A stretch of DNA of 64,000 nucleotides from Clostridia bacterium (GCA_017443805.1 JAFSXY010000120.1:600-64599); one strand, 5' to 3'; shown: positions 1-7,993, counted from the stretch's first letter. Translations and numbers: made by a program. The notes: generated by a model from the sequence alone, not told the origin.

Positions 1-430
1 TGCGCCAGCGCAGGGATTCCCACTTGAACCAGTAATTTGTGTTCGTGAAATAATTGTTGTTATCCTGCTGGGATTTTTCCGTGGTCGGCGCGTTGTAGGA
101 CCAAAACGGTCTGTACTGTGTAAACTTTACCCCGCGGTATTTGGCGCCGTCTAGATAAATATCGCAGTACTGCATCCAGTCGCCGGACTGCATCGAGCCG
201 ACGTTGCCGTCGCCGGAATAGTAGCCGTAGGACTGCCAGTCTGTGGATTTTACCTTCGCGTTCAATGCGGAAACGGTGGCGGAATCCGTCACGCGGGACT
301 GCGGATATCCGCCGAATTCAATGATCTCGCCCACGCTGTAGGGCGGCTCCGCCCCCGCCGTGAGCACGGCGAAGGGGATCGCCGAGAGCGCCAGCACCAG
401 CGTTAATAATACAGCCAAAAACTTTTTCAT
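1..430 (-). CDS. Secreted surface protein, N-terminal fragment (gene continues past the left edge); FG.YPQ / DUF6273-like module
   Basis: ATG at 428-430 on the minus strand, 8 nt downstream of AAGGAGG (439-445). My translation is MKKFLAVLLTLVLALSAIPFAVLTAGAEPPYSVGEIIEFGGYPQSRVTD...YYSGDGNVGSMQSGDWMQYCDIYLDGAKYRGVKFTQYRP. This reads as a signal peptide plus a segment alignable to the VVFGSYPQS...YYSGTGQRDGQMQPGNWMRFADLYLNGEKYRAVIFDAYRP region of the next gene. It is absent from the ORF track because it is truncated. Confidence 0.6.
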   Translation of the reverse strand, partial: MKKFLAVLLTLVLALSAIPFAVLTAGAEPPYSVGEIIEFGGYPQSRVTDSATVSALNAKVKSTDWQSYGYYSGDGNVGSMQSGDWMQYCDIYLDGAKYRGVKFTQYRPFWSYNAPTTEKSQQDNNNYFTNTNYWFKWESLRWR

Positions 431-469
431 ATCTTTATCCTCCTTATGATCGATAGGGGAGTATTCGCG

Positions 470-3364
470 TTACCGTTTGCCGAAGAGGTGGGCGAAGAAG
501 TAGGCAATACTGTGGAAGAAGCCCTTGATCTTTTCAAAGAAGCCCTCGTGGCGCTTGCCGCACCACTTGCACAGGCCCTCGTTCAAAGCGGGGATATCCT
601 CTTCTTTCACCTTCGTATAGGTCTCGCCTTCAAATTCCACGGTCGCCGTATATTTTACCTTGCCTTTTTCGGTATCGGTGGGTTCAAGCAGCGTTTCACT
701 CGTTACGCTGGCGCGTACCGTTTTCGTTTCGTCGCAGTTTTCGCAGGTAAAGATCGCCGTGGTCTTTTCGCCGTTCCACTTCCACGCCGGCGCGCCGTAA
801 CTGTGCGGGGCAAGCGCTTTTTCCTCATGGCCGGAGATATATTGTTTACAGTCGTTACAGTAAACGCCCGCGGTGTAGCCGTGCGCGATGCAGGTGGAGT
901 TCGTTTCGGCAACGTCTTCGGTATTCACGTGGTTATTCGGGTCGATCTGAACGTCGCTTTCCGTTTTCGTTTCGCCGCAGCCCTCTACGGTGCAGGTATA
1001 CAGTCTGTCGCCCATTTCGGAGCAGGTGGGCTCTTTGGTGATCTCGCCGTCGTCCCAGGTATGACTTCCGATCGCGGGGACCGTTACGGTCACTCTTGAA
1101 AGTTCTGCGTCACAGGAGCAGTATACCACGCTTTCGTAGCTGCCCGGATCCATACAACCGGTAAAGATCTCGTTTTCGGGGACCGCTTCTCTGACGGTAT
1201 GTCCTTCCTTTACATGGGAATACAGCGTGGTTTCAATAGCGTTATCCGCCGCAAGTTCGGAGAGCACGATTGCGGGACGGACGCCTGCGGAAGCCCAACT
1301 GGTACTGCAGGCGACTTCGACCGCACCGGTTCCGCGGACAAAACCGACGACGCCGCCTGCGCCGCCGGTATGCCGCAGCGGCCATTCTGATTTTCCGTCT
1401 TTCACTTCATTGTTCTGACTTTTCGCGTAGTCGGTGCCGGTGGTGATCCTGTCTTCGTCTTCGCCCAGACCGTAAGCGACGTTCGTCGCCTCGTCTTTGG
1501 AAAGCAGGAAGACCTTGTCGTTCGTTTCGGCGGAAGTGGTGATCGTTGTGGTCCGGATATTATCTTTCTGGCTGCCGGTAAACGCGACGTTATAATAATC
1601 CTCGTTCAGCCACGCGCGGATCGTAGACGTCGGGTAATCGGTCGAGTAGGTCTCACAGCTCGAGGTCTGATAACACTTGCCTGTGTTTGTTGCGTAAACC
1701 ATATTCTGATACGGCTGCGCGTCGATCGCGTATTCGCTTACGATCAGCCCCGTAAAGGGATCGAGCACGCGCCACTGCAGCGGCTCGTATTTGAAATAGT
1801 AAACCGTTTCGGGTTCATATCCGTTTGCGGATTGAAAAGCGCCGGTGCCATTGCGGCCCCAGGTTACGGAAGGACGATAGGCGTCAAAGATCACCGCGCG
1901 GTATTTTTCGCCGTTCAAGTAAAGGTCGGCAAAGCGCATCCAGTTCCCGGGCTGCATCTGCCCGTCCCGTTGCCCCGTACCGGAATAGTAGCGGTAGCTC
2001 GTCCAAACCTTGTCGGCGGCTTCCAAAGCTGCGTGCGTATCGGGATCCGTTACGAGCGATTGCGGATAGCTGCCGAAAACGACGGTATCGCCAACGCCGT
2101 AGTTCAGGTCCTCGCCCACCGTCAGTCCCACGGTGGAAAACGCGCTTGCGATATCGGTCTGATAATCGCCGTTATACTGCTCGTTGAAGCATTGTAAGAA
2201 ATAATAGCCGTCTGAAAGCTCCGCGGGAACGGTGAGGGAAATTGTGCCCGTTTCCGCTGCGGACGCGGCAAGTCTGCCGTAATAGAGCTGCTCGCCGGTC
2301 GGCGTCGTTAAAAATGCGGAGATATATTCGTTTTCTCCGGTCTCGGCGCCGGTATAATTCAAGGTAATCGTATCGCCCGGCGCGGCAATCGAGGGGGACC
2401 CCGTTACGGCAAAGGCGCGGCCCTCGTCCAGCAGCGTCAGCTTTTTATCAAGGCCGGATTCGTCGCCGATCAACGCCAGCGCGCTGCTGCCGACTTTACC
2501 GCCTTCGGCAGCGGAGGTAAAGAGAACTTTGCTCGTATCCAGCTGGAACGCCGGACGCGCGCCGAAGAGGCTGCTGCTGGCGTTGGAGGTGTTGAGTCCT
2601 CCGCCCGATTTGATGGCGGCGCCGGCACCGTCGTCCCGGAGCGAACGCAGCCACCAAAGTGCGGGTTTTTTGTCGGCCGGGGTATGGAAATAGGCTGCCG
2701 CTTCCGAGGCGGACAGTAAAAACAGGTTTGCGTTCTCCAGATCCGAAGCCAATAACGTATAGGTATTATTCAGTTTATACTCGACGTCCCCTTGCGTCGT
2801 CGAAAGTACGGCTGCTTTCTCAAGCGGGGAAAACGCCGCGTACACGTCGTCGCAGTAAGCGTTCGCTTCAGCAAAGGTTTTGCTGCCGCCGAGCACCTCC
2901 GCCGAGATCAGCAGCTCGCTTTGCTCGCCCCGGCCGATCACGCGCCAGCGGACGCCGTTTACCCATACGTAACCGCCGTCAACGGGAACGTTATCGCCTA
3001 CAAAAGGCGATTCGGGGCCGCTCCATTGCGCGTAAAATGTGATATGCGGACGGCCGCTGCCGACCTGAAGGGGACTGATCGTATCGCCGGCGTGGTATTT
3101 CGGATAGCCTACTCTGGCAGACCACTCAATATCCCCTTCATACGTCCAGCCTACAAAGGTGTAACCGCTGCGCGTCCACCCCGGCAGAGTCATTTCGCCG
3201 CTGACGGTAGAATCGGAAGTCGGCGTCGCCCCTTCATAATTCTGGTGCAGCGTGACTGTGTAGGTGGTTTCCGCCCCCGCCGGGATCGCGGCGTAGGGGA
3301 GCGCGGTAAGCACGAGCATCAGCGTTAAAATTAGAGAGAAAAAGCGTTTGAAAGACCGGTTCAT
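470..3364 (-). CDS. Large secreted multidomain surface protein (Listeria-Bacteroides repeat, two DUF6273-like modules, Cys-pair C-terminal modules)
   Basis: 964-aa ORF with a signal peptide (MNRSFKRFFSLILTLMLVLTALPYAAIPAGA). It has a repeat pattern TYTVTLHQNYEG...GYTFVGWTY...FYAQW. Two modules carry W.V(I/L)...FLLS..E...WWLRS/WPLR...(A/V)RPA signatures. The last ~200 aa contain four H...C...Y.C..C modules and a Phe/His-rich amphipathic tail. Confidence 0.85.
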   Translation of the reverse strand: MNRSFKRFFSLILTLMLVLTALPYAAIPAGAETTYTVTLHQNYEGATPTSDSTVSGEMTLPGWTRSGYTFVGWTYEGDIEWSARVGYPKYHAGDTISPLQVGSGRPHITFYAQWSGPESPFVGDNVPVDGGYVWVNGVRWRVIGRGEQSELLISAEVLGGSKTFAEANAYCDDVYAAFSPLEKAAVLSTTQGDVEYKLNNTYTLLASDLENANLFLLSASEAAAYFHTPADKKPALWWLRSLRDDGAGAAIKSGGGLNTSNASSSLFGARPAFQLDTSKVLFTSAAEGGKVGSSALALIGDESGLDKKLTLLDEGRAFAVTGSPSIAAPGDTITLNYTGAETGENEYISAFLTTPTGEQLYYGRLAASAAETGTISLTVPAELSDGYYFLQCFNEQYNGDYQTDIASAFSTVGLTVGEDLNYGVGDTVVFGSYPQSLVTDPDTHAALEAADKVWTSYRYYSGTGQRDGQMQPGNWMRFADLYLNGEKYRAVIFDAYRPSVTWGRNGTGAFQSANGYEPETVYYFKYEPLQWRVLDPFTGLIVSEYAIDAQPYQNMVYATNTGKCYQTSSCETYSTDYPTSTIRAWLNEDYYNVAFTGSQKDNIRTTTITTSAETNDKVFLLSKDEATNVAYGLGEDEDRITTGTDYAKSQNNEVKDGKSEWPLRHTGGAGGVVGFVRGTGAVEVACSTSWASAGVRPAIVLSELAADNAIETTLYSHVKEGHTVREAVPENEIFTGCMDPGSYESVVYCSCDAELSRVTVTVPAIGSHTWDDGEITKEPTCSEMGDRLYTCTVEGCGETKTESDVQIDPNNHVNTEDVAETNSTCIAHGYTAGVYCNDCKQYISGHEEKALAPHSYGAPAWKWNGEKTTAIFTCENCDETKTVRASVTSETLLEPTDTEKGKVKYTATVEFEGETYTKVKEEDIPALNEGLCKWCGKRHEGFFEKIKGFFHSIAYFFAHLFGKR

Positions 3365-3544
3365 GCATATGCCCTCCTGTATAGTGGAATAAGAAAGTAT
3401 AATTTTCCTTTTTTATCATAACATAATCTTTCCGATAAGGCAATATACAAAAAAATATAGAAAATTAAAAGAAAACTATTTTTCAATGATAAAATAAAAA
3501 ACCTGTTTTCCTAATCTGCCGCTGAAACGCAATTTGCTTTCCGG

Positions 3545-3939
3545 GACGAGGCTCGCCCGTCGCTGTCGCTCCGGGGAAATTCCCGCCGCGCCGCCTGTGG
3601 CGGAAAAAGCAAGGGAATTGAGTGAAGAAACAAGAAGTAAATCCACCGCCTCAAGGTGGATTTACGACTATGTTTCTGAGGGTGGCACGCGGGGAAAATC
3701 CCGAAGCGCTACGCCCATGTTTTCGAGGGGCAAAACAACAGCTCCCCCGAAACCGCAAAAGGTTGGTAGCGAATGTTTTCCGTCGGGAGCGCGCTTGCAA
3801 GCGAGCAGGAAAACCGAGCGTGACCTTTTGCGGAGAGGAGGAGCAGCGGCATGAGCGCACCGGCGATTTGTAAAATCGCCGTAAGCGATATAAAGCTTGC
3901 GACGACGAGGCTTTGCCGTCGCCCTGTTCGAGCCTCGTC
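3545..3939. ncRNA. Candidate large structured RNA (unclassified), alternatively a small non-autonomous element with 11-bp terminal inverted repeats
   Basis: There is no credible ORF; all four track ORFs here are Arg/Ala-rich and mutually overlapping. Perfect nested complementarities: 3545-3555/3929-3939 (11 bp closing stem), 3578-3584/3613-3619 (7 bp) enclosing 3591-3595/3599-3603, hairpin 3637-3647/3655-3665 (11 bp), 3753-3762/3824-3833 (10 bp) enclosing 3775-3781/3808-3814 (7 bp), and hairpin 3861-3869/3873-3881 (9 bp). The strand is unresolved. The plus strand is weakly favoured by an extended -10 TGATAAAAT at 3487-3495 and by hairpin 3904-3912/3931-3939 followed by TTTTCTTC. Confidence 0.4.
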
Positions 3940-3949
3940 TTTTCTTCAT

Positions 3950-3990
3950 ATAAAAATATCAGGGAGACACGCAAGGTGTCTCCCTGATAT
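3950..3990 (-). terminator. Intrinsic terminator downstream of tRNA-Gly
   Basis: 15-bp stem 3956-3970/3976-3990 with loop GCAAG, starting 3 nt after the tRNA 3' end. It is followed on the minus strand by a T-rich run (TTTTATATG). Confidence 0.7.
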
Positions 3991-3992
3991 TT

Positions 3993-4068
3993 TGGAGCGG
4001 ATGACGAGGCTCGAACTCGCTACCTCCACCTTGGCAAGGTGGCGCTCTACCAGATGAGCTACATCCGC
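3993..4068 (-). tRNA. tRNA-Gly (anticodon GCC), CCA encoded
   Basis: The reverse complement folds by hand into a 76-nt cloverleaf. Acceptor GCGGATG/CATCCGC, D stem GCTC/GAGC, anticodon stem CCACC/GGTGG with loop TTGCCAA, 5-nt variable loop, T stem GCGAG/CTCGT with loop TTCGAGC, discriminator T, then CCA. Confidence 0.92.
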
Positions 4069-4083
4069 GTTTGCAGTGGATAT

Positions 4084-4112
4084 ATCATAGCAAAAAAAAA
4101 TCCGGATGTCAA
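4084..4112 (-). promoter_or_regulatory. Sigma-A type promoter of tRNA-Gly
   Basis: Minus strand reads TTGACA (4107-4112), a 17-nt spacer, then TATGAT (4084-4089). The -10 ends 15 nt upstream of the mature tRNA 5' end. Confidence 0.6.
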
Positions 4113-4180
4113 GCAAAAAAACGGATTTTTTCTGCTTTTATTGGACGCTCCTTTTCTGCAAATCGTTCAGCCGCCTGTGC

Positions 4181-4217
4181 AAAAAAAAATATCCGGATGT
4201 CATGTAAAACATCCGGA
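4181..4217 (-). terminator. Intrinsic terminator of hsp20 (T-rich on both sides, possibly bidirectional)
   Basis: Stem TCCGGATGT (4192-4200) / ACATCCGGA (4209-4217). On the minus strand it is followed by TATTTTTTTTT. Confidence 0.7.
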
Positions 4218-4377
4218 CATTTTTGGTTTTTTCGCGCGCAATTTTTTGCGCCGCTTTTTTTGCAGCCTGCCAACCTGCGGGAATTTCTGTCACTCCTTCC
4301 CGCCTGCAAACACTTCCCCGGCTGCAGTTTTATTGTACCGTAGAAAGCTTAAAGAAACCTAAAATACGATAAAGCCG

Positions 4378-4836
4378 TTATTCGATGGTCAGCGTTCTTG
4401 CGGTGGGTAACTCGGGTTCTTTTTTCGGCATATGCAGCGTTAATACGCCGTTGTCGTATTTGGCAGTGATTTTATCGGCGTCGATGCCGGAAATATCAAA
4501 GCTTCTGGAATAGGCGCCGTAGGAACGCTCGCAGCGGACGTAATTTTTCTTTGCGTCCTTGTCTTCATGCTCGGAGTGGCGCTCCGCCTTAATGGTCAGC
4601 GTATCGCCGTCGACGTTCAGGTTGATATCCTTTTTCTCAAAGCCGGGAAGATCCGCTTCCAGCGTGAACTCTGTTTCGTTCTCCCGGATATCCGTCTTAA
4701 AGGGCTCCATGGCCGTCGCGGAAAAGAACGACGGGCGGAAGAAGTTTTTCTCAAACTCCTCCATATCTCTGAAAGGATTGTAAGTTGCTGCGCTGCCTCT
4801 GTGCGCAAAGGGAATGATCTCAAACATAATATTCAA
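4378..4836 (-). CDS. Small heat-shock protein, Hsp20/alpha-crystallin family
   Basis: 152-aa ORF with an alpha-crystallin domain pattern (FTLEADLPGFEKKDINLNVDGDTLTIKAER...YGAYSRSF...AKYDNGVLTLHMPKK). GGAGG lies upstream of the ATG. Confidence 0.9.
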   Translation of the reverse strand: MNIMFEIIPFAHRGSAATYNPFRDMEEFEKNFFRPSFFSATAMEPFKTDIRENETEFTLEADLPGFEKKDINLNVDGDTLTIKAERHSEHEDKDAKKNYVRCERSYGAYSRSFDISGIDADKITAKYDNGVLTLHMPKKEPELPTARTLTIE

Positions 4837-4961
4837 CCTCCGTAAAGTGAATTTTTTTGATTGTTCCGTGGGGGATCATTCTTAGTTTCCCCTTCGGACA
4901 ATTGTAATATACCGCATTATTGTTACATATATATTGCAAAATTATAGATAAATTGTAAACT

Positions 4962-4988
4962 TTAGCAGTCTCATATAAAGAGTGCCAA
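4962..4988. promoter_or_regulatory. CIRCE-like inverted repeat (putative HrcA operator) upstream of hsp20
   Basis: TTAGCAGTC-N9-GAGTGCCAA compared with the CIRCE consensus TTAGCACTC-N9-GAGTGCTAA (2 mismatches). It sits about 125 nt upstream of the hsp20 start. Confidence 0.55.
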
Positions 4989-5049
4989 AAAAGTGAAAAA
5001 CAAAAAACCGGGTACGAACCGCGTCCGTCCCCGGTTACAGGTTAAATTT

Positions 5050-6024
5050 TTAATCCTTTTCCAGAAGCGAGGTATAGGTGAAATTGCCGTACCAGTTGTG
5101 GAGGTAGTAGTTGCGGCAGCGGAACGTCACGCTGTTTTGTGTGACCTCCATCACAAAGCCTAAGCCGTTTACGGCAAGATCCGCCGGCCAGTTGGGCATC
5201 AGGTAGGAAGTCAGATTTAGGTAGTGCACGCCGTTTTTTTCGGTGTAGGTGGGGGTGTCGGGATTGTTTGACAGGCCCTTGTGGAAATGCCCTGTCAGAC
5301 AGAAAACGTTCCGGTATTTTTCCATTGTTTTCCGGATCTGTGTGTTCCAGGGCTCTTCCACTCCGCCGTCCGGATAGTAGTTTTCCTCTCCGTGGATGCC
5401 GGAAAGCGGAACGTGCATCAGCACGAAGACCGGCATGCCGTTAACAGCATAAGAAGCCAGCTCTGCATCAAGAAAGGCGATCGCTTCATCGCTGTATTCC
5501 GGATGGTCCCAGTTATCTTCGCTCTCATCGTTGAGGCAGATAAAATGGTAGCCGTTTACTTCCAGCGTATAATACGGCGTCTGCGTTTCGTAGCCGAGGC
5601 GTTCGTTGCAGAGATCCATAAAATCCTGCAGCGCCTCGGGGTTTGTTCGTGCGCCGTCCGCCTCTTTTGCATGTCCGATGTCGTGGTTGCCGGAAATGAT
5701 CAGCTTGGAAATATCGGGATCCACGTATTTTTCCGTGAGCTCAAAAAAACGTTCCAGCGTTGCGTAATCGCCGTAGTTCGTCAGATCTCCGAGTACCGCG
5801 ACCGCGTCCGGCGACAGCATGTTCATATCCTTGTAGCAGTTGATCAGCGCAGCCTGGCCGACCGGCAGACGGCGGTCGATATGCACGTCGGAGACGATGG
5901 CGACTTTCAGCGTAACGTCCTCTTCGGAGCCGTTTCCTTTTCCGCCGGAAAACGGGATAAAGGAAAGAATAAAAGCCATGACGGACGCAAAAAAGCGCCG
6001 CATGATCAGGAGTACCTTGTCCAT
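5050..6024 (-). CDS. Membrane-anchored or secreted metallophosphoesterase (calcineurin-like)
   Basis: 324-aa ORF with an N-terminal hydrophobic segment. Motifs present: SDVH, GDLTNYGD, SGNHD, MHVP and GHFH. Confidence 0.8.
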   Translation of the reverse strand: MDKVLLIMRRFFASVMAFILSFIPFSGGKGNGSEEDVTLKVAIVSDVHIDRRLPVGQAALINCYKDMNMLSPDAVAVLGDLTNYGDYATLERFFELTEKYVDPDISKLIISGNHDIGHAKEADGARTNPEALQDFMDLCNERLGYETQTPYYTLEVNGYHFICLNDESEDNWDHPEYSDEAIAFLDAELASYAVNGMPVFVLMHVPLSGIHGEENYYPDGGVEEPWNTQIRKTMEKYRNVFCLTGHFHKGLSNNPDTPTYTEKNGVHYLNLTSYLMPNWPADLAVNGLGFVMEVTQNSVTFRCRNYYLHNWYGNFTYTSLLEKD

Positions 6025-6093
6025 TTCAGAACCTCCGTTAACTGATTACTCAATCAAAGTATAGCATATTTTCCGGAAAAGGGGAAGTCTTTT

Positions 6094-7152
6094 TTATAAG
6101 AAGACTGTCTCTCCGGTTTCTGCGGAACGGTAAACGGCGTCCAGGATGCGCATGAGCTGTACGCCGTCTTCGGCGGTCGCAAGCGGAGAAGCCTTTCCAT
6201 CGGCTGCGTCAACAAAATTTTTCATTTCCCGGTCGAAATCCCGTTCAAAGTGGAAATCGTTGTCTCCCGCAAGGGCAATGTCCGCAAGCCGGTTGTTCAG
6301 CTCTCCGTGCAGTTCAAAGGGAGAAAGCGTCAATCCGGCTTTTGTCCCGAAGAGCTCAATGTCGTTTGCGCCGTGCTTCAGGTTCAGGTTGAAGCTGGTC
6401 TCCACGCTGAGCAGCGCGCCGTTGTCAAAGCGGATCATGGCGACGGCAAGATCTTCCACGTCAAAGATCGGCCTGTCCGTTTTCGTTTCGGAGACCCAAC
6501 CGTCGGTCCGGATATTTTCACGTGCGCCGAGCTTGTCAAAGGTTGCGCCGTAAACCGAAACGGGCTTTGGGTTGCCCATGATATAACGTGTAAGGTCGAT
6601 GATGTGAACGCCTAAGTCGATCAGCGGGCCGCCGCCGGAACGGCTTTTGTCGCCGAACCAGCCGCCTGGAAAGCCGTTGCGGCGCAGATAGGTCGCTTTG
6701 GCAAAATAGATCTCGCCCAGATACCCTTTTTCGATCAGGTCGATCGCCGCCGCGGCGTCGTTACCGTGCCGGCGTACAAAACCCGGCATCAGCAGTTTTC
6801 CGGCTTTCCTGGCGGCTGATTGCATGCGCAGCGCCTCGTCCGCGTTCAGGGACAGCGGCTTTTCGCAGAGCACGTGACAGCCGGCCTCCAGCGCGGCGAC
6901 GGCACAGCTTACGTGCGCGGAGTTCCATGTGGTGACCGAGCACAGATCGAGTTTTTCGTTCGCGAGCATTTCTTCGCAGCTGCCGTAAGCCCGGGCGATC
7001 CCGTTTCTTTTTGCGTATTCTTTTGCTTTTTCTTCATCAATATCGCAGCAGGCTGTGATTTCCACGCGGTCCGAAAGCGCGCGGTACCCGTGCAGATGGC
7101 TGTGGCTGATGCCGCCGCAGCCGATGATGCCGACTTTAAATTTGTTAGACAT
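6094..7152 (-). CDS. Gfo/Idh/MocA family NAD(P)-dependent oxidoreductase
   Basis: 352-aa ORF with an N-terminal Rossmann motif KVGIIGCGGISHSH and an EKP motif (VLCEKPLS). Confidence 0.85.
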   Translation of the reverse strand: MSNKFKVGIIGCGGISHSHLHGYRALSDRVEITACCDIDEEKAKEYAKRNGIARAYGSCEEMLANEKLDLCSVTTWNSAHVSCAVAALEAGCHVLCEKPLSLNADEALRMQSAARKAGKLLMPGFVRRHGNDAAAAIDLIEKGYLGEIYFAKATYLRRNGFPGGWFGDKSRSGGGPLIDLGVHIIDLTRYIMGNPKPVSVYGATFDKLGARENIRTDGWVSETKTDRPIFDVEDLAVAMIRFDNGALLSVETSFNLNLKHGANDIELFGTKAGLTLSPFELHGELNNRLADIALAGDNDFHFERDFDREMKNFVDAADGKASPLATAEDGVQLMRILDAVYRSAETGETVFL

Positions 7153-7198
7153 TTAATCCGTGCACACGACCGGGTTGGGATATGCCGTGTGTTTCTCC

Positions 7199-7993
7199 TT
7201 AATATATTTTTTGCAGAATTCCGGTTAAGAAGGCGACTGCGTGCCGGATATCCTGCATGCGGGTGGCGCCGGCTTCGCGTTCAATGGTCAAGAAGCCGTC
7301 GTAGCCGATTTCCTTCAAGGTGGAAATGTACTGGAAATACGGGACGCCGCCGTCGCCCAGACGGTATTCCGTATAGCCGCCGTCGGGCTCCATTTGCCCG
7401 TCCTTGGCGTGCGTGTGTACGATATAGTCGCGCAGAACGCGCACGCTGTTCACGGGATTTTCACCCGCGCACATGAACAGGTTCGCCGGGTCCAGGTTGA
7501 CCTTTGCACTGTGCGTGTCCGCTTTTTCCAGCATCCTGCGTAAGGGCAGCGCAGGCTCGGGGCCTGTTTCGGTAGCAAATACCACGCCGATTTTGTCGCC
7601 GTATTTCCCCAGACGCTCAATGGTGCTGACCATATTTGCGTAGCTTTCACAGTTCTCATCCTCCGGCACTTTGCCGATGTGGGTGGTGATGATATGTGTG
7701 TCAAGGTCCAGCGCCAGGTCCATCATGGCCATGGTGCGCAGGATGCCCTCTTCGTTTGTGCCGTGTTCGTTGAAGTGCAGACCGAAATCCGCGCACAGTG
7801 CGGAAAAAACAAGTCCGTTGTCCTTCACGTACCGTAAGATCGCCGCGCGGTCCTCTTTAGAAAGATTTTCCGGTGCCAGCTCGCCGCGGGTCACGTAGGG
7901 CTGCAGGCCCTGCACGCCCATGTCGCGCGCAAGGGTGACGGCCTCTTTGAAAGGGACCTGAAAAGAATCCGGGATCACGCCGATTTTCATCAT
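7199..7993 (-). CDS. Sugar phosphate isomerase/epimerase (xylose isomerase-like TIM barrel)
   Basis: 264-aa ORF. The length and patterns (IITTHIG, VVFATE, IVHTHAKD, LTIERE) are typical of the AP_endonuc_2/TIM-barrel family. Confidence 0.8.
   Translation of the reverse strand: MMKIGVIPDSFQVPFKEAVTLARDMGVQGLQPYVTRGELAPENLSKEDRAAILRYVKDNGLVFSALCADFGLHFNEHGTNEEGILRTMAMMDLALDLDTHIITTHIGKVPEDENCESYANMVSTIERLGKYGDKIGVVFATETGPEPALPLRRMLEKADTHSAKVNLDPANLFMCAGENPVNSVRVLRDYIVHTHAKDGQMEPDGGYTEYRLGDGGVPYFQYISTLKEIGYDGFLTIEREAGATRMQDIRHAVAFLTGILQKIY

Noticed and set aside
446-3328. Plus-strand ORFs (217, 178, 127, 121, 120 aa) antisense to the 964-aa gene
   Set aside because: These are typical GC-rich antisense-frame artefacts, Arg/Ala/Gly-rich. 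They have no RBS and lie entirely within a well-supported gene.
3545-3939. Identity of the structured element as RNase P RNA, tmRNA or SRP RNA
   Set aside because: There is some local resemblance to RNase P J11/12-like sequence (GAGGGUGGCACGCGG...GAAACCGCAAAAGGUUGGUAGCG). However, the universal P4 motif GAGGAAAGUCC and the ACAGAA...GGCUUA 3' strand are absent on both strands. There is no tRNA-like T-arm/CCA or ...ALAA tag ORF for tmRNA, and no GUCAGGUCCGGAAGGAAGCAGC-type SRP helix 8. This was hand inspection only and needs cmscan.
3534-3974. Four overlapping ORFs (83-107 aa, both strands) in the tRNA-adjacent segment
   Set aside because: Their translations are Arg/Ala/Gly/Ser-rich with no RBS, they overlap each other in different frames, and they coincide with extensive base-paired helices. 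I treat the region as non-coding.
4099-4203. Direct repeat ATCCGGATGTCA (4100-4111 and 4191-4202), each preceded by an A-run
   Set aside because: One copy contains the -35 of the tRNA promoter and the other forms the hsp20 terminator stem. A short local duplication explains it, and there is no sign of a repeat family or array.
3365-4377. Genomic island or prophage integrated at tRNA-Gly
   Set aside because: No integrase, excisionase or phage genes lie on either side. Only short tRNA-derived repeats bounding ~400 nt are present, and these are reported separately as a possible scar.
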